DNA from: Phoronis australis
Taxonomy: Eukaryota > Animalia > Phoronida
Assembly (NCBI GenBank): GCA_002633005.1
Contig: NMRA01000093.1
Span: forward strand, 572,102-636,101
DNA: 64,000 bases
Direction: 5' to 3'
Positions within the stretch are counted from its first letter, which is position 1; every line of letters begins with the position of its first letter. The position numbers and the translations under genes were made by a program. Positions 40,401 to 55,400 of this stretch are shown piece after piece. Under the pieces are notes generated by a model. The model did no database searches. It saw only the letters and a list, made by a program, of their open reading frames with translations, and had not been told where the DNA came from.

Positions 40401-43400
40401 TCTTCATCACTGGCCAACGCTTTGAAGCTAGGCGCTTCATCCCCAGGTCCTAGAATGCAGGCGCACACTTTGAGGTACCCACGTGCCCCAGACGAGGTGT
40501 CGTCAGGATCGCTAAGCAACAGCCATTTGTGTATCAGAGCATGTTTGTTTTCCTCGTACACCATGGCTAGGTCACACTGCAACACATTTAGTAATAACGA
40601 TCAAAACAAAAATCACCAGTTTCAAGGCCCTCACAAAGTTGTCAACAAAACGCTAAGAAGAATTTGTCACAAGGAGAACATTCTATCTAACATTCTACAA
40701 GACACCTTCTGCACTACTTTTGTGTGATCTCAAGATTAGCGTTTTTCACTGCTCAATTACGTTATGGTCAGAGTGTCTAGTTCAAGAAAGCACTGGATGA
40801 CGGCTAGATACCAGTCCAACTAACTCAAAACTTTTAGTTCTGATTCGAACTGATAGCATTAATGTTGAGGTCACCAAGTGCAATCTGGGAGTAGATAGTC
40901 ATTCACATAAAAAAGTATACTTGAGAACAGAATAACAGACAATTATCATGGGTTGGTACAAAGAAAACGGAGAATGTCAAAAATAATCCTGAGTTCAATT
41001 CCAAGTACAAAGACTACTCCCTGGGCCCTGACATAATCAACACAATTCAACTAAAGCTAAAAAGTTTAACGTAACAGCATTCTACCCACGTAAAAGCCAA
41101 TTTTTCAGCTACCAGCAGATTGGTGCAAAACTTGACTTTTTTACTTGCAACTAACCTTGAAGGAACCGATGAGAGAATCTGACCTGAGACGTCTAGAATT
41201 GAAAACCTAAAAAATTCAAAAATACAAGGACTGAATTACAATTTACAAGACTACGATAAAATCTCAACAATTTTGAACAAAAATAATTGTCAGATTGCCC
41301 TTCTTTAATAATTCAAAGGCATCTAGAATTGTTGTGAAAACTCACAATTTTTCAAAATTCTATATTAAAGGTAGGTATGTTGTAGACTTTGAACATGGAA
41401 AAGCTCCTTTCTTTTCATGGAAAAAATGAAGAAAATAAAATTTCACCTGTCAGCCATCATGAACCCTGAGTTGGGGAGATTTTACTATGCAAATAACAGA
41501 AATTTTTTTGTGGGCAAAATACTTAAAATGATAATGACCTTTTATGAGCGCATATATAATGAGCGCATATATAATGAGCGCATATATAATGTAGGGGAAG
41601 TAGACAAGAACAAGAAACAAACAACATCTGTAGTGTGCATTGTTACAAAAATAAAATTACGATAGTCATCTTTCGGACAAAACTTTTACTTCACAATTTC
41701 TGAGTAAAGCTTTAACCAAGTGAATATGAGCACGTCACAGTCTAGAAATAATTTGTAGAAATTATCTCAGTAAATAGCAGTTTCGTGTCTATCCTCAGAG
41801 AATTTACACTTTTGCTCAAATAAGATTTATTATTTTTTCAAGACTTAATTTCTGGCTTAAGTCTCAAAAGACTTAAACCAGAAATTTGGTCTTGCACTTA
41901 AAAGCCACTTTTGATCAAACGAGCAGATAAGAGAATAATCAGGAAATTTTCAATCCAACATTTTCACCTTGGCATATTTCTGAAAAAACATTGTACTTTT
42001 TGCATGAAAACTAAGTCCTATAATTTTGGTCAGTACAATTCAAAAACCCACAAGATAATAAACAAAAAATCTGCTATGTATGTAATGTATTTGGACCACC
42101 ATGAACATCCAATATACAACATTATTTCAAAGAGATATCCCCCCCGGATGTTTCAGATACCTGCTAATATGCCTGAGGTTCACTTATAGGTGGAGACAGC
42201 TGTTCCTTGTATATTAATTGTCTGCGTTTTCTAACCGGTTTTGATATTTTCCAGAAAAAAAACAGTTATAAGATCATGACAAGATTTTCTAGTCAGGAAT
42301 CAATTTGGTAACTTGCAGCTTACCAATGTGACGTCAAATTTTGTTTGACGACATGGTAAAAATGCCAAGTCCCAACAAAGTTGACAGGTAGGTACACATA
42401 CTTGAGCACGTGCTCAAAATATAATGAGGATGAAACAGATGGGAGTTGGCACTGTTCGGCAAAACCTGAAAGGGTCCATTCAAAGCTCATGTAGATAGGT
42501 GCTCTGACTGATAGTCTGCTTTTCTCGTGAAATTTGCTTTTCTCCTGAAATTTTATGTAAAACCTAACACCAATTAAATGCTTTATCATTTTAAAGCTAC
42601 CAACAGACAATATTTTAATCGATTTTGGGTATTCACGACTAAGTTAGAGGCCTTTAAAAGCTGAAAAAATGTCAAATTTGATAATTACTTTTGTCCGAAG
42701 TTGGTGATATTTTACAGTACCAGTGACTGTTTATGTCGAGACAAGATCATGCTTAAAGCAGTCGTGGCAACTCCAACAACATAATAGGCCTTGGGCACAC
42801 AAAAGATTGAAGCTTAAGGTTCTTGATGGAATGATATGTTACTTTCTCAAAGAGGCCCTGGGGGGTGAAAATACGATTCCTACAGAAATGTGTGCAAAAA
42901 GTGAACTGAACATACATAAATATCAACTATTTAGTAAAAGATCAGTCACATTTAACTCACATGCCTATTTACAACTTTAGTCCTCAGTAGTAAGGCATAT
43001 TATCAGGTACAATTACCTCAAATGACACCAGCTCATCAAACAGTTCCGCAGGTGAAATGACAAAGTTAAAGAAGAATGTCTCATTCCAGTAGGGGGCATT
43101 GGTAGACTTCTTAATTCGTGTCTGCTTGATCTGGTTGTAACATGTGACTCTGCAGACAGGGTTGATGTTAGTACCTGGGACCTGGCGACCTTCAACGACC
43201 TTGATGCGAATCTGGAAAACAAAAACAGACAGACAAATAATTTCAAAAACGTCTTAAAAAGACAAGAACTGCCACAAGGCCAAAGAGGCACCTTCCAACC
43301 TGTACCTAGTTTTTTGTCTGTTTGCAACCTAAAACATCTATAAGTTCCAAAATGATCGCCATTGGGTTTGTCAATTGACTTGGTACCATTTCAAAACTGG

Positions 43401-46400
43401 CTTATAGCTAATGTTCAGCATGTTAATATTTTGAAAATAATTTGTCAGAAAACTGACTCTGGCAAAAGACAGTGACAATTCCCTGAATAAATGCAATGTG
43501 AACTGTCCCAAATTTAGTTTTAGTGATGATGTTTCTTGTGTGGTCACTTTTCTCAATAGGCCTGCCCTACAATAGCACAACAATACTCTCATAATGTAAC
43601 ATAACTGTAAAACACTTGTCTGGTTTCTTCAAATGAAAATGTACTACTCACTGTCTTATATCCTAATCATTGTAATGCAGGCAATCATACATTATTTCAT
43701 ATTTCTCAATTTCAATGCCGATACCAAGCTGGGCAAACACAAGAGTACAAGATATACTTCCTCTGTTAATCAACTCAGGAGTGGGTTAGTCATGCAATGT
43801 ATTTTCTACCTTCACCTATGAGGAGAGCTCAACTGCAGATGAGCCTTTTGACATTTTCAACTTCAATATCGTAAAAGATCTGCAAAGTGTATTATGAAAA
43901 CATGTTTCTGTCAGGACATTGTTTAATGCGATCAAGAAAAACTCAGGCTCTGTCATGAGCGCGATTTGATGCAAATAAATAATTAACCGCCTCTCAAATT
44001 AAACTGGAAATAACTTTTAATAATTGGGGCATATTGTGTTAGTAATGAAAGACATTCGCTAGGCAATTATGATGAGAAACCTTTACTTATGGAACCGAAA
44101 CTACTTATTATCTCCCATAATTCAGCACTCCAGCCTCGCCGACAAAGCACTGAAGTGGCGGCCATTATGCTAGAGTACGATGGGGGATGGTTTGGAAAAT
44201 GCTACTCCACTCCGCCACTCACAATTTGCAACATGTCAGACACAATAACCATCAATGTGCACGAGCTGATAACCCTGAGATAGACAAATATCTATAAACA
44301 AATGGGCAGGCAGTGAATGATAAACTAATATTATGTTAATAAAAACTGACAGCTGCACAAAACAGAATGTTGATCAATAACTAAATTACTGAACTTCACC
44401 ATCCAGTGATTGTAACAGCACTTCACACCAACAAAAATCAAATTTCAGTTGAGCAATAAACCAATTTAGCAAAAGACGCGAAACATTTCAGACACTTGGT
44501 GCTTGTGTCTAGGAGTGGATGAAGCAAAATCAACTGCAAATACCAGGAGATTGCACACAGAGTTCCACAACAAGATGTAAACATTTTCCCAATAGACAAA
44601 CAGGCAAAATGAGGACCAGAGAAGGCAAAAACTGTTTTAATTGGTTCAGCTGCATAGCCAATGCTACCTAAAGAACATTGATTCAAACGGAGCACCCACC
44701 CTCTGCTTATGAAATTTTTTGGACCAAGGGCCTACAGCTCAGCGAAGCACAAACTACGCAGCTAAGCGCCTTCTGCTCGGCTACGCCGCCATTGCTCCTT
44801 TAAACACCAACCCTCAACCTTTGAGAATGTTTAATTAAGCACCCACTGCTCAGGTTAGCATCCACCACTAATTTACCTCACTAAATTGTTTTTTAAAATA
44901 TTAGGGCGTGCTTCCAAATGCGAAAACCAGATCAATTTCAAGTTGCCATATAGTTTGCAGTCATTGCTTGGGAAATCATTTTCCGATTGTGTTTACTGCA
45001 GTGGATTAGAAACAGCCATGTAGTTGAATTTGACATTTACGGTGACTACAGTCAGCAAATATATTTTTCAAAAGAAACGATGTTTTCTCCAAGTTTTAAG
45101 AACCAAATCTGGGATTTGTTTACACCTGAAGGCAAAGTGACACTGGCGTGGGAGAACATCTCGGAATCTCCAGCCACACTGTATGTGGCAAACATGCCAA
45201 GATACTGGCCAAAGAGGAAAACCGGTTTTCTAGAAAGATCAAAAAGTCTATATACATAAAAACCAACAAGCCTACCATGAACCGTGACCAAGGTTTGCAA
45301 CTCCCGTCAATATATGACACTACACTACTTCCAGATAACAGAAGAGCAGGAAAGCAGGACACCCCCCTACTAGTCGTTGACAAAGAACTGTAGAGCACAA
45401 ATTGAAACGTTCGAACTTCTAATCCCCGGTGTACGAGTAAGTTGACTTAACACACCTTCACCGAGACCATGAAAAACCTTTTTTCAATCAAAGTGGCACT
45501 AGTACCATGCATGGTGCAATCATGTGCTGTTTTGGGGATGACCTAGTTTTCCATATACAACACATTTGGTAACAAGGGAGCAATTTCAAATCACCTGATA
45601 AAATAAATGGAAATCCGCTCATACAAGAGATTTTTTATTTCGTACAAAACAAAGCTTATTGTTGGGTTTATCATTCTATTTGTAACACAATTGTCATCTT
45701 TTAAGAAATTAAAAAAAATAATTTAAAAAAATTATATCAAAAGGCAATTCAAGCAGACCCATATTTGGATGTATTACCCTCATTGCATTTGATTGGTTAC
45801 TTTGCACTTAGCATCAGTGTAGCCATATAGACAGTACCCACATCAGTGTGCCCATATCGACAGTACCCACATCAGTGTGCCCATGTCGACAGTACCCACA
45901 ATCGAGCAATGGTCTGATATAATGTGCCCGTATTTTGAGAACCAGTTTGATGCCTGTTATTCAATGGAGAAAACTGGTTCTCAAAATTCGGGCACGTTAT
46001 ATCAGACGATTATCCACAATTGACACTCATTTTTCATTCAATAAACATGCAATTAACGGTACCTGTTACATAGAATTCATTCAAGACTCAGACGCAAACA
46101 GCTTGCACTGTGCCTGTGCCATCTTGTTAACCGAATAAACAGGTGTGCTTTTTTGACTGCAGGCAATAACAAGCTGAAGTTGCAGAGACAGATGACTGTA
46201 AATTTTACCATTTTTGATAATTTCACAAATTTGAAGCACAAATGTGCATTAAATAGAACTTAAAATTCCTAAACTTAATTAACTCACTCCAAGTTAGGAA
46301 ATCAAGACTTCTAGAGACGTGCTTTCGGAAACATAGTTGTGGGGGGTCAATCATGGGAAAACTTTCGTGAGCCAATTGAGATATCGTCTATTGCTTGTAA

Positions 46401-49400
46401 CATGTTAGTCTCTTGATCGAGTTTCTATTCAGTGACATCAGCAGCAAAATATGTTTTATCACAGTGAGAAAGTTTTTCCAGAAATACCACAGAACTTTCA
46501 TGGAAATACAAAATAACATGAAAAGTTTCAAAAATGGGTACACTTCCACAATAGGTTGTATAATTATGTCTTTGTAACTTGGAGAATAAGAAATAAAATG
46601 TATTAAAAAATTTATCAAGTGTGATGGCAGATACAATCATTGTAAGGTTACAGTACAGGGAGGTCTCAAATAACTTGGCACAAAGAAAGCCATGACGCCA
46701 CACTCATCTGAATGACTACAGGGTGAGCCACTTGCCAAGTTAAGCAGATGAAGCATTCAGTCACCTTTAGCCAACCACTACATACCTCAGGCATCCAGAT
46801 TTGACAAAATATTTGTGAACTACACTGTGCAACCAGTTAAGTAAAATTTTGATTATTTACTGCAAGCCAGTCTTTGAAAAATAGAGAAAAACTAGTTAAC
46901 AATTAATTTCGGGCAAAATGACTGGAATATAGCAGTGTTACATTGTCATTGGGGTGCGTTTTCGATAGCCTTGTGACATGTGGCACTTTTACCTGCTACA
47001 GTAATGGAAGACAAAAGTTTGATACACGAGTCTTCATGACCCCAGTTTTTTAATAACCGGTAAGTCTTTACATGAAATGAATACGAGTGAATTGAAGTCA
47101 TTTATCACAACTACAAATATCGAATTGTATTCAGTATAGTACAGGCCTACAAACAATATGCCACCATGCTTAACCATTCATAAATGCAAAACAATGTGAA
47201 TGCTGCTACCCACGTCATGGAACACCACACCTTATTGGTACATTTGGAAAAAACCGACTTGACTCCTAATAGAGATTCTTGGCAATTAAATAACAATGTT
47301 TCACTTAACTTACAGGGACATTAAATTAGCGTCTTCTGTCAAAAAATGTTTGATTTAGAACCCTGAAAAATCTGACTCATCTTGTTTCGTTACTCAGATT
47401 AGAAATGATTTCTAAGTTTGAGCACGGCTGACTGTTCAATAGTGCTAAAGGTCAGGCTCATGAAGTTTGCTTGTTAGCTTTGAAAGCAGTATTGCCATTG
47501 GGGATAGTCCAGCCTGTTTACTACCTGTAACAACCAATTTCAGTCCAGGTAGCAAAAGATAAGAACACTGTGATGATAACATTGCTTTGAAAGAAGTACG
47601 CTTTTGAAAAGTCGCTTTTGGCATCAGTATATGGTTTCCAGCAGCTATAAATTTGCTGGACAAGAGATAAGATAAGATCGCTAATATTCAAATTAAACCA
47701 AATTTTTTGTACGTTACAGTGCACTGAAATGAATCAATGAATATCTTTGACCCGGATACAAAAAAGTCTCAAAGTAACATTTCCTTGCATTCTCAAACAA
47801 AAAAGTCCGAATCTGACTTTTCTGTGGACACCGTTTTCGCCATAATTCTTGGAGAATGCAAGGACACATGGCTTTGAGATTTTTTGAAAAATATCAATTA
47901 TAATTCTTTCTGAGATACAAACACATATCAGTATCAATTTTTGACATCTTATTTGTCAAACTCGGGTCCAGTAACTTTTTAAGTTCTCATGGTCCTCCTA
48001 CAAATTATTGTAGTTTGGAACCGTGCCTTTCTACAAAAATCACAAAAATTGAAAGAGAAACACAAATGGCATTTCTGCTTGTCCTTTAACTACTTGTTCC
48101 TTTTAAATGTTTTTTGCGCACTGCTTCGAGATCTCGTTTCAATTTTGCACAAATAAAATTAGTAACGGAAACTGTTCCATTTTCCAAAGACTGACGCTCA
48201 AAATTTAAACCAAATTTTGTCTTCTGGTAGCCGTGCAGTACAAACCATGCTTACGAAGACGTGAGCAATATCTTGATGTTGACGTTTAGTTGAGAAATTT
48301 GACAAATTCCTCTTGTCTACCATATTGTGTGTTAAAATGAAGACCTTTCACCATATTTCAACTCATGCCAAAAAGGAGCCCAGTTGGAGTTGTTGCTACC
48401 CACCTCAGCAAAAGTACCCAGCTTGTAACAGACCTTCACTTTTTCCAAATATTAAGACATGAGCAATACAGGGCCGTTAACTTGCGCCCACGCTACATCA
48501 TGAAACGATATGTTTCGCGTGGAGGTGCTACAGTAGTCGAATCTGCCCGTAAATCAAATGGTGTGGGCGCATGGTCATCATGTATCTCTAGGTTAAGTTT
48601 CATTGAAATTCGTCAATCAGCACTCTAAATATCATCAGGAAATCAAAATCCCAGAAGGGATTTTCTAAATATCAGTCGAACACCCAGACAACCAGACAAA
48701 ATGGCGCCCGGACAAAGTGATGACAACATGCGACAATATACGACCACATGTGGCCGCATAAAAATTAATTGCTCAAGTGAAAACTGAATCAGCACATAGC
48801 AAAACACTATATGGCATCATGCTTTTTTCAACTAACAATGACAGTAAGCTACTCAGTACGGGAACAAAACAATTTACAGTTCTGTGAATGCATTATCCCT
48901 GAAGAACAGAAATTAGAATTTCCTTTTTTAAGTAACAGAAATGATGGTGTAGTTTAGGCAACGAATATAACAAAGCTGGACAGAAAAAAAGAGAGATTGA
49001 ACACGGTCAGTGTTTCACTGTTATCAACACACAATCACATAAAAAACAGTGAGCTGTCTATCACTGTTCAGTGATGATGTAACAATTCTATGAAGACAGT
49101 GACAGCTAACACAAACTTCAGCACCACCATCTTATTACAATTTGAATAACCATACAAGACAAACAAAGCTGAGAACCTACTTGAAAATCCTGCACTTTAC
49201 TAGAATATAAAACATCCCTGGACAGAGATCTGGGTGCACGGACTTTCTTGTCATCCTTTTTCTTAACATCTGTCTCTAACGGTTTTTTTGTCACTGGTGC
49301 ATCCGGAACAGTGCCTACGATGTCAGTAGTCTCCACATCGCCGCCATCGGCATCACCTCCACCACCACCACCACCAATGTTGCCACCATCATCAGCCTCC

Positions 49401-52400
49401 TGCTTCACTTCTGGTTTCTGTTCTTCGTCACTCATTGCTACCAGCTGCAAACTTGCTGAATTCTGCCTATATCTGTCTTATTTTGCCAATTTTTAATGAG
49501 AACAAATTTGCTGATCTTGAGATATCACTTACACTGTGAACAAGTTCTGTTTTCACCTTATCTCACAAATGTTCCTTGTTTCAATAGAAAGCTTTTCTTC
49601 ACCTCAACGTAGTTTTCAAACTTTTGTCAAGTTTAATGTAGTACAAATTAAAGTCTCCGCGCCTTTGGTGAAAATCCATCCATCTCAAACAGTTTCTTTT
49701 TAAACAATTCTAAATGACAGCGAAACGAGCAATCTCAGTTTCCCAACTAAACTTTCTTCTTCGATTACTTCTGAGCCTTTGTGCACCAAGTTTGATACTA
49801 TCTCAATCTCAAATACAAAATCCTTGAAACATTTTGAAATACTTTGAATCCCGTTTCACTGCTTTGTAAAGCGTGACTCCTCCCCCTGTAGTCTCACACG
49901 TTCTGCATTGACGGCACAGAATGTACAATACAGCTATTCAGAGTCCTCATCCGAATACAATTAAGACCGTGTTAAACAGTTGATGTCAACAGGTGTTATG
50001 AGTGAGGTGAGCTCAAGCCAAGCGTAAGACAAAATCAGAAATATGTAGGCAAACTTACAATATGGTGGCTCATGCAAATGTTGACTCTAACAACACACAA
50101 CATGGTGGTTACAAAGTTCGTACAATCTGGTGGTTCATGCAACTGATGAGTCTTTTTACAGACAGACGAAAACTACACATGTGTATCCCGGGTAAAATTT
50201 AGAGGGAGACAGTTTACACCCAGAGTGAGCTGAAACACCTCAGTGTCTCTTTAATGCAAGCCAGGGAACAAACAGGTCAGATCTTTTTGACGTGTAAACT
50301 TTCATTGCAAGCATAATGTTTGATTAAAGTCAGCCATCTGTACACCTTTAGCAAACTTGACAAGCCCTCTTCCCACAGTCCATTGTGCAAATGGCCTCAC
50401 ATCCTTTTCAAAAATGTCAATGATACTAGGTTAGAGTAAAGCAACTTGTCCAACTTCTTCCTTGAAGTGGACTCTGATTGTACAAGTCACGTTGCTTAAC
50501 ATAGTGTTGATCAGTATGACATGGCGTTGATCAGTATGACGTGTTGAACCGTATTACGTAGTACTGATCAACATAATAACACATACACATATCTAACCCA
50601 TGATGGTGCATCATAATGGTTAAACAGTTACATTACATTAGGTCGCATTACCCACAACTTATCAACATAATAACACATACACACAGCTAACCCATGATGA
50701 TGCATCATAATGGTTAAACAGTTACATTACATTAGGTCGCATTACCCACAACTTATCAATATTGACGCAGCTATTATTTGAGAACTTTTTGGAATATTAA
50801 CGATAATATTGGTCATTAGAACCTATTTATCAGCCCTTTTCATTGTCACTGTCAACAAAAAACGATAAGAAACCAATTAGTGATAATGTAAGCTTGTAAA
50901 TAACTTAGGTCTGGGGAAGGTGCTTCAGAAGGACTCCCCAATTGAAAGGTGCTTCAGAAGGACTCCCCAATTGAAATCAGTATAAATACATCTTCACTGT
51001 AAAGTTTCTACAGTCTTCAAACTTGTAATTTTCCAATTTTTTAAACTAACTTATTTGGAAAATTGCCCATGAATAATCGATGGCACTATTCTATAAAATA
51101 TCAACTGTGTCAATTGTGACTTTAACAATTTCAAGATTTTTCGTAGAAGAATTGATCACTTTTCTACCATGTTGTGTTCTAAACTGATGTCACGTTTATC
51201 AATTTGACGAAGTTTCATGAATTTCAAACAGAAATAAATGCAAAAAACTGCCTTTTCCACTTTTCAGAATCTCACCACTTCAAAAAACAAAAAATGCTCA
51301 ACATCAATATCTAAATAATACACAATTTCTCGATGAGAAATGTGATAAACACATCACAGCTATGACACACAGTATTCTAAATTGTGTCCATCCTTTTCAT
51401 ACATCCTGTAGTCATAGACATTAGTCGAAACCATCGTCAATGAATATCAGCAATTTGACAGATAACACAGCTCAGTTATTAAACAATCGGCCATTATTTA
51501 ACAAATCACATGGTATGACTTATGTATTGACAACAAACCCACATTATTTCACACTGAATAGTTGCCAGATTTTCACACACACATAAACCAACATCTCATC
51601 TGGAATTACGATATTTTGAACACTATTTAATGAATTTAGTGAAATTCAATTTAATTTCATAAAAAGTTTAGGAATCATTAATAATTTACAAAAATTTTAA
51701 GTCATTTACTATGCTTCAAATGCTGGCAACCTTGTTCCAAACAGTTAAAAGCTTACCAGTAAGTGTTGTTTCAGGACAAAAGCACGCAGTGAAAACCAAA
51801 TCACCAATCTGGTGGAATTTTCTCGATGCGCATCTTCTTGAAAAATTTAGCGATAAATATGTATAACACACTTCTTAAGTCAAGAACCACATGCAAGCTT
51901 CCTAAAAAACATGGTTACGGTTCTGTAAACTACCCGTCGTTTTTATTTCGTGCAAAAATTCATTTTTTTCCATCAATATGACAAAAGTCCCAACTTTGTG
52001 CCCAAATTTTAAAACCAAATCCTAACTGAATTTTAGAGAACAGTGCAGAAAGCACAAAGTGTCATATGAATTTGGTTGGACAATTTTAGGAGCTCCCATA
52101 ACCTTAAAGGGAACACTTTTGGCCCAAAAATAAACATCTTAACAATTATTCACTCATACCTGAAAATCCTGCACCTTACTGGAATACGTGCGGCGCCCCC
52201 TGACCTTTTTGCGTTTGCGTTTCTTCTTTTTCTTCGATCCAGAAGGCTGCGAAGGGTCGTTCACTTCTTCCTCCTCTTCATCATCACTGCCTTCCGCCAT
52301 TTGGGCGGCGTTCTCGTCTTATCAAATAATGAAAGAAGAAATAGATTACTGGCATTCAGCCAACAGAAATAATCACACTGGACATGAAAGAATATCATCG

Positions 52401-55400
52401 TTCAAGAGATACCCTTGCCAGAAAATGAGAGACAGAGCACATAAAGGAATTGCAGTAATTTTGTGAACTCAAAAGTAAAATTTTTATAATAAGATATGTA
52501 ATATTGGTAAATCTATGACAACTGAACAATATTTAGTAATTAAGAAATTATCATTGAGCCAAGTTCAAAATTTCTAATTTCCTTTCAAAGAAACAACGTC
52601 CTTCTCAAATAAAATCAATTGGCATCTTAAAATGAAGCTAGAGATTGCCACCTGGTAGATGAATTCTACGAAAAGCTTGAACAAACTTTAATTTGACATA
52701 TCAGAAAACAGAAAATAAGAATACGTTTCTTTAAGTTCATAATTCAAAATGAAATTATCAACAGGAATCCATGAAAAAATAAAGAAATCGTAAGTCAAAG
52801 TGCGAAAATGAAATTCAACCATTCAATTGACAACACAGAGACAAAATAAAAGATAATAATTTAGTTGGCAAACATCTGTCTACAGGTTGAGTGTGCAGGA
52901 TACGCACTACAGTGTCCAGCAAGCCGTATGTGATCCTTATATGCTCTGTGTTGCCAGGTATTTAGAATTACTATAATGAAGCAAAATAGGCCACAAGAGA
53001 CATCGCCTTTGCAAAATATCCATAAAAACAATCATGCTGAAAAATCTGTAATAGAACGTGCAGCCAAAAAGAGGACGCCAGTGTATCTTCATTTGCGAGC
53101 ATTCGAGACAAGCAGCGCTTCAAATCACTTTCTAAAGAGTGATGCTCAAAACATTGTAGCAAATTCACGTTACTGCCAGTTTGAGAACGACATACGAGTG
53201 TCACAAGTGAAGAGAGTACGTCTGCATCATTACTCGCCTACTACGGATGTGCAACCCTAATGTTGCAATGCAGGTACCCCAAGCACGAGTAAGGAGCTCT
53301 GTTTAAAGTTATCATACCTTTTTTACCATTAACCTCGGGCTCACTATCAGAGTCCACTATCAAACAAACAGAAATTTTTAATGTCTTATTACATTAATTC
53401 CTCCAATATAAAAATTCAGTCTTGAGTGCAGATAAGTATGTGCTGGCAAAATAAATTTAATTCAAAACTGAATGTAAGACAAAATTCAAACAAATCAAAG
53501 ACTTAGAAGGGAAAGATTTAAGGGAAATAATATTATCTGGATTCGACACCAACTTTTACCTTTCGGTTTAGGATCATCATAAATACCTGTACTCGTAAAA
53601 AGAACAAAGACATTGCAGTGATGCACGAAACAGCCAAATAGCGGGCAGGTTGCTCAACTTCAAACATTCAATTCAAAAAGGTTTTAAAGGAGATTCTCAT
53701 GCAGCCTTTTATCAAATAAAGAGAAAACCACAGCCGAAAGCCTAAAACACAGAATCATGACATTTTAGTTCAACCCCTATTCTGTAACACAGCTGCAGCC
53801 CTGACAGGAGATACTAGACAACCTGCAATTGTCTAATTTATTGATATGCACAACAACCTGTACTAGAGTGTGTGAAAAAAATTGTTAAGACAGAGAGAGA
53901 TGTTAAAGAGGGTGAACCACAGAATACTTTTCAGTACACTGTGTGGTTATACTCTTAGTTTGCTGAATCTTGATGACCAAGTATGCAACACAGATTTAAT
54001 TATATTTTTTATTAATTTCTGATAAGCTCCGAAAGGTCTGGAGTTAAAACCATAGACAACATTTCAAAAACTTGGATTTTTCCAGACGTTATTAGCATAT
54101 GATTACCGATTTTCATAATTTTCTGGAGACACTGACTAAATTTTTCAGGATTATTGCTAGAGAAGCAGACAAGTGGCTTTGGGTTTTTGTAACCAAATCA
54201 AAGATCACGATTTGTTTCAATATGTCGCATACACAAAATAAGGCCTTTAACAATCTTAACCTCTCGGGTCTAGCATAAACACATGCCTAGCACAACTGTG
54301 CGACCTAAAACTTCTAATTATCAAATATGCTTAATTATTTTTTCTAGAAAATGTCAGAGGCTAGTGCAGTAAAATAAAAGGCCAAGGGTGTCTGTCTCGT
54401 CCAATCAGAGCTGCAATCACACAAACGAAAAGACTATAGTACACAATCACAAATATTCAGACAAAAGAACCCAGAATTCCCCCATTATGACAGATGGGCA
54501 GAAGTCGAATTAATGGTCGAAGTAGTCTTCTCTCATGACCGAGAATGAAGACTGGCGGGTAATTAACAGAGAAGTTATTGAGGTGGCTAACACATTCCAT
54601 AAATACAATTTTGCTGTGTTAAAAGAATTAGTTGTTATAATGGGGAAATGGTATTTTGTCCAATCTACTTATGTCTCGTACTGTAGGCCGTAATATATGA
54701 AAAGGTTAGAGTAACAGCACAATCAGAAATTAGGATAACCCTTCCCAGCATTCAATAAGAAATTTCAGAATATCCTTTCCAGCATTCAACTACCTTCCTG
54801 CTCAAATGTATTATCTGAAATAGATCATCTGCACTAAAGAGCACGTATCTACATCTACAAGGATCATATCAAGTACCATTATCCGAATTTGTCAAAATCC
54901 AGACACAATACACATTTATAGACATTCACTTGAAGTGGAAATACTTTTGTCCATCATTGCATTAGGATATTGATATGAAGCAAACTTCAATCATTTGTCG
55001 TTTGACTAACAAAACTTAAGAAGTCAAGATCAATTCCTGCAATGATTTAATGTTGGCAGTTGACAAGCCACACGAATTTCACTTCAATGAAAGTCTAGAC
55101 AGTTGAAGAAAAAAAATGCTTCAGTAAAAAGTAGTCACAGATGGATATCCAGATATCCGGATGACTGACACACCTAAATAACACTGAGATCACTGCAGTT
55201 CACATACATTTACTTACAGTGTTTTCCACGACCTGTTTTGACTCATAGCAGTAATGAGTTTGAATTTCATTCCAACCAGTTTGGCTTACTTGAATCAAGT
55301 GTGAAAACAAGAGCAACGAGTTGAACTTTTTGGAAGATTAGTACGTGCTACAGCAATATGGGACATCTACAGATTCCAGCACAACATATAAACCTAACTA

